The notes beneath the pieces were generated by a model, which saw nothing but the letters and a program-made list of their open reading frames with translations, was not told the origin of the DNA and made no database searches. Position numbers and translations under genes: made by a program. A stretch of 64,000 bases of DNA from Pristiophorus japonicus (lineage: Eukaryota), in contig NC_091999.1 in NCBI RefSeq assembly GCF_044704955.1, forward strand, positions 10,788,001-10,852,000, read 5' to 3'. Below, one piece after another: positions 50,490-62,456 of this stretch. Each line of letters opens with the position of its first letter. The first letter of the stretch is position 1.

Positions 50490-53400
50490 TGCGCCAAACC
50501 TGCTCAACCTTTCTTCATAAGTCAAACCCTTTATCTCAGGAATCAAGCGAGTGAACCTTTTGTGAACTGACTCCAATGCAATTATACCCTCTTTAACTCA
50601 GAACAAAACTCTACGCAGTACTCTAGGTGTGGTCGCACCAATACCCTGTACAGCTGTAGCAGGACTCCACTGCTTTTATACTCCATCTCCCTTGCAATAA
50701 AGGCCAACATTCTATTGCCTTCCTGATTATTTGCTCTATATGCATGCTATTTTTTTTTGTTTCATGCACAGCGACCCTACTTCCCACTGTACAGCAGCAT
50801 TGTTTCATTTCTTGCCATTTAAATAATAATAATAACAATAATCATAGAATAATACAAAGAGTTACAGCACTCAAGGAGGCCATTCGGCCAGTCGAGTCCG
50901 TGCTGGCTGTCTGCAACAGCACTCCAGCCAGTTCCACTTCCCTGCCTTTTCTCCGCAGCCCCTGCAAAACTTTCGCTTCGGCAGTTATCCGACTCCATTT
51001 TGAAAGCCACGATTGAATATGCATCCACCATCCTCTCAGGCACAACATTCCAGATCCGAACGACTCGCTGTAAACATATGTTTTCCCCATGTCACCTTTT
51101 GTTCTTATGACAATTACCTTACATCTGTGTCGTCTGGTTCTATAACCTTTCGCCAATGAGAACAATTTCTTTCCAGCTCCACGCCTCATGATTTTAAACA
51201 CCTCTATCAAATCTCTTCTCAAACATTGCTGCTCTAAGGAGAACAACCCGCGTGTCTCCACTCTATGCACGTAACTGAAGTCCCTTAAGCCTGGATCCAT
51301 TCTTGTATATCTTGTCTGCACCCTCTCTAAGCCTTTCACATCCTTCCTAATATTTGGTGCCCAGATTTGGACACATTACACCAATTCAGATCGGACCACT
51401 GTTTTATAAAGATACATCAAAGCTTCTATGGCTCTGTATTCCTTGCTTCTCTTTAAGAGGCCGAAGATCACGTATGCTATGTTACATGCTTTCCCAAGCT
51501 ACCCTGCAAGTTTCACCGATTTCTGCAGATATACACCGACGTCTCTCTGTTCATGCATGCCCTTTAGAATTATACCCTTTAGTTTATATTGCCTCTGCTC
51601 GTTCTTTCTCCCAAAATTTATCATTTCACGCTTATCTGCGTTAAATTTATGCTGCCACGTGTCCGCCCATTCCACCATCCTGCCTGTGTCCTCTTGAAGT
51701 TATCACCATCCTCCTCACTGTTCAGTACACTTCCAGGTCTTGTTTGTTCTGCATGTATTGAAATAGTTCACTGTACACCCAAGTCCATTTTACCAATATA
51801 TATCAAGAATAGCAGTGGTCTGAGTGCCGGTCGCTGTGGAACCAAATTGCGTACCATCCTGTATTCTGAAAAGCAACTGTTCACCTGTATTATGTGTCCT
51901 GTCACGCAGTGAATTTCGTATCCATGATGCCACTTTCACTTTTGTTCGATGGGCTTCTATTTTGCTGGCATGTCTGTGACGTGGCAATTTATCAAACGCA
52001 TTTTCTGAATTTCATGCACACTACATAAACGCATTACTTTCATCAACCCTCTATGTTACCTCGTCAAAGAACGTAATCAAGTTAGTTAAATTCGAGTTCC
52101 CATTAACACATCCGTGCTGCCTTCCCTTAGTTAATCCACGTTTGACCAAGTGACTGTTAATGTCATCCCTGATTATCGTTTCACAAAGCTGCTTCATTAC
52201 CGAGGTTAAACTAACTGACCTGTAGCTACTGGGTTTATCATTACAGCATTTTTGATCAATGGTGTAACGTTTTCAGTTCTTGAGTCCTCTGGCACAATCC
52301 CCGTTGCGAAAAAAGATTGGAGGATTATGGCCAATACTTCCGCAAATTCCACTTTTGCATTTCTCAGCAACCAAGGATACATCTCATCCCGTCCTGGTAA
52401 CATATCTTCTTGAAGTACAACCAGTCTTTCTAGTACCTCCTTTTGATCAAATATTATCCCAACCAATATCTCCACTATCTCCTCTTTCACGACAATTGGG
52501 CAGCATCTACTTCCTTGATAAAGACAGATGCAGTGTACTCCTTTCGGAACTCAGCCATAGCTTCTGCCTCCATGGTATCTAATTGGCCCCATCCTCTTAT
52601 TACTATCCGTTTACAATTTATTCACATATTGAAGACTTTTGAATTCCCCTTTATTTCATCTGCCAACTTAATCTCATTTTCACTCTTTGCTCCTCTTATT
52701 TTCTTTTTCACTTCCTCTCTGAACTTTCTGTATTCAGCCTGATTTTCCCTTGTATTCTCAAAGTGATACACGCTCTTTTTCTGCTTGAGCTTACTTTCTA
52801 TCGCTTTCATCATCCAGTGAATGGTGCTTTCAGTTGTCCTAACTTTCTCTTTCACGGGAGTGTTCCTCGACTTTAGCGAACCAACTCAACTTTAAAGTCA
52901 GCCAATAGTTTGAATGCAGTTTTGACAGCCAATTATGAATTATATTTATCCGGGCCTGTTCGCCTCTCAGCCAACTGAAAGTGCCCTTCCTCAAATTAAC
53001 TACTTTAGACTACATTGCTCCTGTCCGTTTCCATAGTGAATCTAAAACTTATGATGCTCTGATCACAGTTACCTATATTTTCCCTGACTGAAACTTGGTC
53101 CACTTACCCCACCCATTCCTCAGAACCAGATCGTGCAATGCCTCCTTCCGCATGGGGCCGGAGAGGTACTATATTTAGTCGTTCGTGGGATGTGGGTGTT
53201 GCTGGCAATGACAGAATTTATTGCCCACCCCTAATTGCCCTTGAAAAGATGGTGGTTAGCCGCCATTGAAACATAGAAACATCGAAACATAGAAAATAGG
53301 TGCAGGAGTAGACCATTCGTCCCTTCGACCCTGCACCACCATGCAATATGATCATTGCTGAACATACAACTTTAGTACCCCATTCCTGCTTTCTCTCCAT

Positions 53401-56400
53401 AAACCTTGATCTCGTTAGCCATAAGCACCTTTGAATATATCTAACGAATTGGCCTCAGCAACTTTCTGTGGTAGAGTATTGCACAGGTTCACAATTCTCT
53501 GAGTGAAGAAGTTTCTCCTCATCTCGGTCCTAATTGGCTTACCCCTTATCTTTCGACTGAGACGCCTGTCTCTTGACTTCACCAACTTCGGGAACATTCT
53601 TCCTGCATCTAACCTGTCCAATCCCGTCAGAAAGTTATATGTTTCCATTAGATCCCCTCTCTTTCTTCTAAATTCCAGTGAATATAAGCCTAGACGATCC
53701 AGTCATTCTTCACATGTCAGTCCTGCCATCCTGGGAATCAGTCTGGTGAACCTTCGCTGCACTCCCTCAATAGCAAGAATGTCCTTCCTCAGATTAGGAG
53801 ATCAAAACTGCACACCATATTCAAGGTGTTGCCTCACCAAGGCCCTGTACAACTGCAGTAAGGCCTCCCTGCTCCTATACTCAAATCCTGTCGCTATGAA
53901 GGCCATATTGCCATTTGCCTTCTTCACCGCCTGCTGTACCTGCATGCCAACTTTCAATGTCCGAGGTACCATGACGCCCAGGTCTCGTTGCACCTCCCCT
54001 TTTCCGAATCTGTCACCATTCAGATAATAATCTGCCTTCCTGTTTTGGCCACCAAAGTGTATAACCTCACGTTGATCTACATTACACTACATCTGCCATG
54101 CATTTGCTCACTCATCTAACCTGTTCATTTTAGCCTGCAGCCTCTTAGCATCCTCCTCACAACTCATACTACCACCCAGCTTAGTGTCATCTGCAAACTT
54201 GGAGACATTACATTCAATTCTTTCATCTAATTCATTAATGTATATTGTAAATAGCTGGGCTCCCAGCACTGAACGTTGCGGTTCCCCACTAGTCCTTGCC
54301 TGCCATTCTGAAAAGGACCTGTTTTTTCCTACTCTTTGCTTCCAGTTCTCTATCCACATCAATACATTACCCCCAATACCATGTGCTTTAATTTTGCACA
54401 TTAGTCTCTTGTGTGGGACCTTGTCAAAAGCCTTTTGAAAGTCCAAATACAGCACATCCATTGGTTCTCCCTTGTCCACTCTACTAGTTACATGCGCAAA
54501 ATATTCTGGAAGATTTGTCAAGCATTATTTCGCCTTTATAATTTCATGCTAACTTGGACCGATCTTGTCACTGCTTTCCAAAAGCGCTGCTATTTCATCT
54601 TTAATAATTGATTCCAACATTTTCCCTACTACAGATGTCAGGCTAACCGGTCTATAATTCGTTGTTTTCACTCTCCCTCCTTTTTTTTAAAAAGTGGGGT
54701 TACATTAGCTACCCTCCAATCCATGGGAAATGATCCAGAATCTACAGAATGTTGGAAAATGACGACCAATGCAACCACTATTTCTAGGGCCACTTCCTGA
54801 AGTACTCTGTGATGCAGACTATCGAGCGCTGGGGATTTACCGGCCTTCAATCCCATCAATTTCCCTAAAACATTTCCCGGACTAATAAGGAGTTCCTTCC
54901 ATTCCTCCTTCTCGCTAGACCCTCGGTCCCCGAATATTTCCAGAAGGTTGTTTGTGTCTTCCTTAGCGAATCAAATCAGTTTGTGTGGTGAGGGTACTGT
55001 TAGGGAGGGAATTCAAGTGTTTTGACCCAGTGATGGTGAAGTAACGGCGATATACTTCCAGGTCCGCTTTATGTGTAACTTGGAGTAGAATTTGGCGACT
55101 GCCATTGACATTCTAGGCTGTAAAGTCACGGGTTTGGAATGTGCTGCGGAAGAAGCCTTGGCGAGTTGCTGAATTGCACCTTGTACATGGTGTACAGTGC
55201 AGCCATGGTGCACCGGTTGTGGAGGAACTGAATGTATAAGGTGGCGGATGGGCTGCCAATCAGGCGTGCTGCTTTCTCTTGGATGGTGTCGAACTTATTG
55301 AATGTTGTTGGAGCTGCACTCATTCAGGAATGTGGGGAGTATTCCATCACATTTCTAATTTGCGCATTGTAGATGGTGGAAGTACTTTGGGGAGTCATAA
55401 GTGGTGCAGTCCCCACAAAATACCCCACCTCTAACCTGCACTTGTTGTGACCGTTATTTATGTGGTTGGTCCAATTAGGTTTCCACTCAATGGTGATCCT
55501 CAGGTCGTTCATTCGATTCTGGTTATATCCTCGCTTGTTCCAGATAGTGATTTACAGGCACGTATGTGGAGCAAATAATGCTTTTCACTTATCAGCCCAA
55601 GCCTGAATGTCATCCAGGTCTTGCTGCAATTGGGCATGGACTGGTGCATTTTCTGAGGAGTTGCGAAGGCACTGAACATTGTGTAGTCATTAGCAAACAT
55701 CCACACTGCACAATTCTGAACTTATCATGGAGGGAAGATCTTCGATGTAGTCGCTGAAGAAGGTTGGGCCGAGGACAATACCCTGGGCAACTCTTGCACC
55801 GATGGCCTAGTGCTGTGATGATTGTTGTCCAACCACCATAACCATTTTTTTTTGGCTGGAAATGTCTCCAGCCAGAGGAGAGCACCCCGCGATTTCCACT
55901 GATTTTCATTTGCTTGGGCTCCTTAATGTCACACTAAGTCAAATGCTGTCTTCATGTAAGTAGCTTTCATTCTCACCTCATCTCTTGAATTCAGCTCTTT
56001 TGTCGATATTTCGACCAAGGCTGTAATGATGTCTGGAGCCGAGTGGACCAAACTGGGCATCGGTGAGCAGGTTATTGGCGAGTAATTGCCATTTCATACA
56101 CTGTTAACGATAACTTCCATCATTTTGACGATGATTGAGAATAGACTGCTGGGCTGTTAATTGGCCGGATTAGAATTGTCCTGCTTTATGTGGACAGGAC
56201 ATACCTCTGCAGTTTTCCAGATTGTTGTAGCTGTATCAGAAGTGCTTGACTAGAGGCGCAGCTAGTTCTGGAGCACAAGTCGTCAGGACGACAAATAGGA
56301 TGTTGTCGGGACCTATAACCATTGCAGTATCCAGGGAGCTCAGACTTTTCTTGGGCTCACGTGGAGTGAATCGAATTGGGTGAAGACAGGCTTCTGTGAT

Positions 56401-58135
56401 GGTGGTGACCTCAGGCCGATATGGATCATCCATTTGACACTTTTCGCTGAAGATTGTTGCAAACGCTGCAGCCTTGCCTTTGCACTGACGTGCTGGCTCT
56501 GCCATCATTGCAGATGGGGATGTCCATGGAGCCACCATCTCCCCTTAGATGTTTAATGCACCACCACCATTCACGACGGAAAGCAGCAGGACAGCAGAGA
56601 TTTGATCTGATCCTTTGTTTGTGAGTTCGCTCAGCCTTGTCGATGGCATGCTGCTTCCACGTGTTAGCGTGCATATAGTCTGTGTTGCAGCTTCCCCATG
56701 GAGGTACCTCATTTTTACATATACCTGGTGCTGTTTCTGGCATGCTCTTTACATTCAACTCTGAACCAGGGTTGGTCCCATGACTTAATGGTATTGGTAG
56801 ATTGAGCGATATGCCGGGCCATTAGGTTACAGTTTGTGATGGAATACAATTCTGCTGCTGCGTCATGGATGCTCAGTTTTGAGCTGCTTGACCTGTTCTA
56901 AATCAATCCCATCTAGCCCGTTGGTGGTGCCAAACAACACGATAGAGGATGTCCTTAGTGTGAAGATGGGACCTCGTCACCACAATGACTTTGCAGTGAC
57001 CACTGCTGTCAATGCTGTCATGGACAGATGCATCTGCGAGAGCTGGTTTGTTGCAGACGAGTTCAAGTCGTTATTTTTCCTCTTGTTGTTTCACTCACCA
57101 CCTCCCGCAGGCCCAGTCTGGTAGCTATGTCATCAAGACCAGGCCAGCTCAGCCAGTATTGGTGCTACCGAGCCAAACTTGGTGTTGGACATTGAAGTCT
57201 CCCACCCAGAGTACATCTGATCAAGAAAATTCTCCTGAACGCACGATGAAATTCTTCCCCCTGACTGCCGTTCATACTATTACTATCCCAGACTATATTA
57301 GTACAGTTCAAGGCCTCCGTTATCAATACTCTATACTTCTTTTACTTCTCTGTAATTTAACAGCGAATGCCCCCGTCTTCCTCCTTCCCGCTATTTGGCG
57401 GCCTACAGAAAACACCCAGTAGTGCAATTGCAGCTCTATTATTTCTTATATCTAACGATAGAGAGTCTGTGCGTGATCTATCCGGTACATAGCCACCCTC
57501 CAACACTGCAACATTCTCCTGAACTAATACTGCCAACAATACTCCTTTCTTTCCTTCACATTCCTGAACACCTATATTGAGGACTAATTAATAGCCAAAT
57601 CCGTCCCTTTTGTCAGTCACTATCGCCAAAATTTCATATTCACATGTGGCTCTTTCCACCTGCTGCTCACCAACCTGATTAACCAAGCATTGTGCGTTTA
57701 TCTATGTGAGATATCCTTGTATTGTCTCTTCGTGTGACCACCATCTACTAAATTAATATTTCTTGCTCTAGTGCTATCTGCATTCTGACATCTAATGGTA
57801 TATTCTGGCGTCAACCTTCTGCCAAATTGGTTTAATGCCTCCCAACATAACTCGCAACCCCCACCCCCTAGCTGGGGAATATTTGTCCCAGAAGTTGAGA
57901 TGTAACCCTTCCTGCCTTTACTGGTCCCACTTTAACTGGAGCGGGTCCCAATGTACCACGAATCTAAAGCCGTCCCTCTTGCACCATCTCTCCAGCCAGG
58001 CATTGCTCTGCTCCATCCGACTTTTGCTATATTCAAAAGCTCGGGGCACCGAGAGTAATCTGGAGATTATTAGCTTTGTGGTGATGCTTTTTAATCTCGT
58101 TCTGAGATCCCGAAAATATGCAGGAACTCATCCCT
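50490..58135 (-). mobile_element. Nested LINE cluster: old CR1 pieces (50490-53170 and 57219-58135) containing a second CR1-clade family (53180-57215), itself containing a younger CR1 (53268-54968)
   Basis: The endonuclease region breaks at about 53170 and resumes at 57219. The middle element has a WMFANDYTMF-type RT. The inner element has YLDFQKAFDKVPH/KFADDTKLG and a CATAGAAA tail. Confidence 0.8.
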
Positions 58136-58140
58136 GATTA

Positions 58141-58928
58141 CGTTTTTCAACAGCTGTCTCCGTGCTCTGCTTCATTGTGCCTGTGATACCCACCACGTCC
58201 AGGTTTGTGAAGTCTCTTTATGCATTCTATCACTGTGTGTCTGTAATCCCCACTATGTTTAGGCTTTTGAACTCTCTCGGTGCTCTGTATCACTGTGTGT
58301 TGGTAATCCCCAACATGTTCCGGTTTTAGTAGGACTCTCCCTGCTCTCTCCTTCCCCATTTTCTCCCCCTCCCCTGGTTCTCCACGTTCCCGCCCCAGCT
58401 CTCCCCCTCCCTTTGCTTCCTCCCTGCCCGTGCTCTCCCGTTCCACTTTCTCCCACTGCTCTCTCCCTCTCATTGCTCTCCCCGTCCTTCCTTTCCTCTC
58501 CATGCTCTTAACAGATAAGGGAATAAGGGTTTAGGGGAACCGGGCAAGGAAGTGGACCTGAGTCCATGATCGGATCAGCCATGATCGTATTAAATGGCTG
58601 AGCAGACTCGAGGGGTCATATGGCCTATGCCTGCTCCAATTACTTATGTTCTCATGTTCCCTCCATGGACTATATCATTGCGTATCTGTAATCGCCATCA
58701 TGATCAAGTTTTAGTGTGGCTCTCTCCCTGCTCTGTACCACTGTGTGTCTGTAATCCCCACTATGTCCAGGTTTTTGAACTCTGCGTGCTCTTTGTCACT
58801 GTGTGCCTGTAATCCCCAACATGTTCAGATTTAATACCGCTCTTTTCATGTTCTGTATGACTGCGTATCTGCAATCCCGACCATGATCAGGATTTTGTAC
58901 GGCTCTCTCCGTGCTGTGTAGCACTGTG
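58141..58928 (-). repeat. Tandem array of about 60-bp units, each containing a heptamer-spacer-nonamer (RSS-derived); interrupted by a pyrimidine tract and a CR1 3' fragment (about 58340-58660)
   Basis: Perfect CACAGTG (minus) at 58231-58237, 58291-58297, 58739-58745, 58797-58803 and 58922-58928, each with a nonamer-like motif 18-23 bp away. Confidence 0.88.
58890..58928 (-). promoter_or_regulatory. 23-RSS of V11
   Basis: CACAGTG-23 bp-ACAAAATCC. Confidence 0.93.
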
Positions 58929-59234
58929 CTGTGCGCCGACTCGGTGCACAGTAATACACAGCGGAGTCACTCAGTTGCAGTTTTGCAATGTTTAACCGGC
59001 TGATTTTCTCGGCAGGATCGATCGTAGCAGAAATTCGGCCACCGGCAGTGTTTTCTTCATTCCCCTCTCCTGAAGTGTGTCTCTGAAGCAGGTATTTTGG
59101 AGGCTGCCCTGGGGACTGACAGTACCAGTGTACGGTGTACTGACAGGCACCTGAATATTCACAGCTTAAAGTAATGGTGTCACCGACAGTAGAGGTTTGT
59201 AGAAGCGGACTCTGGGACACCGTGGAACTGGAAG
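58929..59234 (-). CDS. Open TCR delta-type V exon (V11) with extra CDR1 cysteine and no intact leader; candidate NAR-TCR supporting Vdelta
   Basis: SSSTVSQSPLLQTSTVGDTITLSCEYSGACQYTVHWYCQSPGQPPKYLLQRHTSG...RI...DSAVYYCAPSRR; CCTCCAG acceptor, phase 1. Confidence 0.85.
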
Positions 59235-59698
59235 CTGGAGGGCAAAAATGGGAGAATGTTATTTATTTGGCTGCTATTTACCCGGGGACTGTGGTCAATC
59301 ACAGAAAAATTCTGCCTCTCACGGTAATGCTATTTTCATTTGAAGCCTGCTGCAAATTTATTCACTCTCAATGTGGAAAGAATAAGAGGGGGAGTTCAGA
59401 ACATTTTTTAAGCAGCAAGTTTTTATGAACTAGAATGCACTGCCTGAAAAGGTGCTGAAACCATATTCAATTGTTACTTTCAAACTGGAATTGGATCACT
59501 ACTGCAAAAGAAAACATTTGAAGCGCTATGGGGAATGAACAAAGGGCTGGGACCAAGTGGCAGCACCTTCACGAGCCGGCAGAAGAAATGACCTCCTTCT
59601 GTGCTGCATGATGTTATGATTGCTAGTAACTTTATCTTTCTATTTTTCTTGGTGCAAGATAAACCCGAGGTAACATTGTAATTCTCCTCCTCACTTAC

Positions 59699-59757
59699 AA
59701 TGATGATTGACCCATAGGAGCACTGCTGCGTTATTCCACTGAGCACAGCAAATCCAT
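59699..59757 (-). pseudogene. Frameshifted leader-exon relic of V11
   Basis: ATG GAT TTG CTG TGC TCA GTG GAA TAA; the shifted frame reads AAVLLWVNHH into a GTAAGT donor. Length 59 nt is not 3n+1. Confidence 0.55.
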
Positions 59758-62359
59758 CAAGAAGCAGTGTGGTTCATCAGCACCGATTGAGCCAAACTGA
59801 AATTTTGTGGGTCAAAGCCCAAGCGTTCAATGTAACCTTACTCTTACCGGGAGCTCCTGCCTGCCTTTAACTCTGTTTCACTTTTCTTCCGTAAATTGGG
59901 CAAATATTACGCCATTTAAATTTAAGTTGAATTATTTCCAGTTAGTTTCATTTTATTTCCACATCTGGGTCGCTCACTTTGTGCTGTTTGTGGTTTTCTT
60001 CCCAGCCTGTGAACTTGTCCTAAAGTGACTCAGTTATCGGTTGGTTTCAGTCTGTGCAGCTTCTGCAGTGGTTTTACTGTTATTCACTGGAAACTGGCTC
60101 TTCAAACACTCTGACAATTGCTGTTCCTGACGCCCATTGGATGAGTCAATCCGACTTGCTCCGGGTGGAGTTTTCTCTGAGTTTTACATTGTACAGAATC
60201 TGCAGAAAAGGAACAGTCCATTCGACTCAACGAGTCGGTTTTGGTGTTTATACTCCACACGAGGCTCCTCCCACTCTAATTCCCCCTTCCCACTGTGAAA
60301 CCCATGTTCATCCATTCCGTTCTTATCATGTGTTTTCCAAGACGCGCCTTAATTGCATCAAAGCTCTCTGCTCCAACTTGTCCATGTAGAAACATAGGAA
60401 CATAGAAATTTACAGTGTAGAAGTAGGCCATTTCGGTCCATCGTGTCTGCACAGGCCGACAAAGAGCCGCATGGACCTTGGTCAGCAGCCCTAAAGGTTA
60501 TGTATAAACCAATGAACAATGACGTAGAGGGAAAGAACACCCAGCCAAACCAATCAGCCTCACACAACTGCCACACCCCTTATACTGTACCATTCTACAC
60601 TCCACCCCAACCGGAGCCATGTGATCTCCTGGGCGAGGCAAAAACCAGAGAAATTCCCAGGGAGAAAAAATGTGCAAAAACTTTCTCTCGGGGACATCCA
60701 GGCGATCGAAACTAGTCCAGGAGATCATGCTCGCGGTATTCTTTTCACTGCAGTACTTACCATAATATCTGCGTCGTCCAACAAAAGGTCATCCAGTCTA
60801 ATCCCAATTACCAGCTCTAGTTCCGTAACCCTGCAGGTTATGGCACTTGAAGTGTCCATCCAACCATCTCTTAAAGGTTGTGAGTGTTTTTGCATCCACC
60901 ACTCTTCCAGGCAACGAGTTCCAGATCCCCACACCCATCTGTGTAAAGAAGCATCCCCTCGAATCCTCTCTAAATCTTCCACCATCCCCCTTAAATCTAT
61001 GCATCTCGTTATAGAAAACTCCCTCAATGGAATTAGGCCCTTACTATCTACTATGTCTAGGCCCCTCAATATTTTCTACACCTCAATAAGGTCTCATCTC
61101 AACCTCCTCTGTTCCAATGAGAACTAATCCAGCCTATCCAATCTGTCCTCATATCGAAGATTCTCGGTTCCAGACAGCATCCCAGTAAATCTCTTCACCC
61201 TCTCTACTGCAATCCGTCCTTCCTATAATACGGCAAATAGAACAGCACACATTACTCCAGCAATGGCCGAACCAGAGTATTTTACAATTTAAGCATAACC
61301 TCACTGCTCTTATATTCTATGCCTCGGCCAATAAAGGCAAGCATTCCATATGTCTTCTTAACGATCTTATCCGCCTGGCCTGCTGCATTCACGGATCTGT
61401 GGACAAGCACTGCAAGGTCCCTTTGTTCATCTACCTAATAAGTGACCTATCGCCTAATGTGTATACACTTTCCTTGTTACCCCTCCGAAACTTCGTCAAC
61501 TCACATGTCTCTGAATTAAATTGCATTTGCCACTACTCTTCTCACCTGACCAGTAGATTGATATCCTCCTGTAGCCCATGACTTTCCTCCTCATTATCAG
61601 CACACAGCCAATTTTAGTGTAGTCTGCAAATTTCTTAATCATACTCCCTATGTTCAAATCTAATTCGTTGATATTCACCAAAAAGCTAGGGAACCAGTAC
61701 TGAGCCCTGCGAAACCCCACTGGAAACATCCTTCCAGTCACAAAGACATCCATCAATCATTACCCTTTGCTTCCTACCTCCAAGCCAGTTTTGGATCCAA
61801 CTTGCTACATTGCCCTGTATCCCATGGGCGTTAACCTTCATGGCAAGTCTGCCATGTGGGAGCTTATCAAAAGCCTTTCCACAGTCCATATGTACTAGAT
61901 TGAAGGCACTAGCATCGTCGATCCTCTTGATAACCTTCTCAGAAAATTCAATCAGGTTAGTCAAACACGATCTTCCCTTAACAACTCCGTGCTGACTCTC
62001 CCTAAATAATCCAAATGAAGATTCATCCTGTTTTTCAGATTTTTTACAATAGTTTTCCCACCACTGAGGTTAGGCTGACAGGCCTGTAATGAATCGACCT
62101 GTCCCTTTTTTCCTTCTTGAACAGGGGTACTACATCAGCAATCCTCCAATCCTTCGGCACTATGCCCAGATCCAAAGATGAGTGGAAAAAATGGTCAAGG
62201 CCTCTGCGATTTCCTCCTTTACTTTGCTCAACAGCCTGGGATGCATTTCATCTGGTCCTCTGGAATTATCTAATTTCAAAACTGTTAAACCACTTAATAA
62301 TTCCTCTCTCACTATATTTATTTCATCCAGAATATCACACGCCTCCTTGATCTCAGTAT

Positions 62360-62456
62360 AGAAACATAGAAACATAGAAAATAGATGCAGGAGTAGGCCA
62401 TTCGGCACTTCTAGCCTGCACCGCCATTCAATGAGTTCATGGCTGAACATGCAACT
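62360..62456 (-). mobile_element. About 100-bp CR1 3'-end insertion, same young family as 42981-45071
   Basis: Near-identical to the 3' UTR of that element; flanked by TCAGTAT at 62353-62359 and 62457-62463. Confidence 0.85.

Noticed and set aside
59699-59746. ORF-track peptide GITQQCSYGSIIIV as a Cys-containing NAR-TCR J
   Set aside because: No nonamer at 12 or 23 bp, and that frame meets the donor in phase 0, incompatible with the phase-1 V exon; better read as a leader relic.
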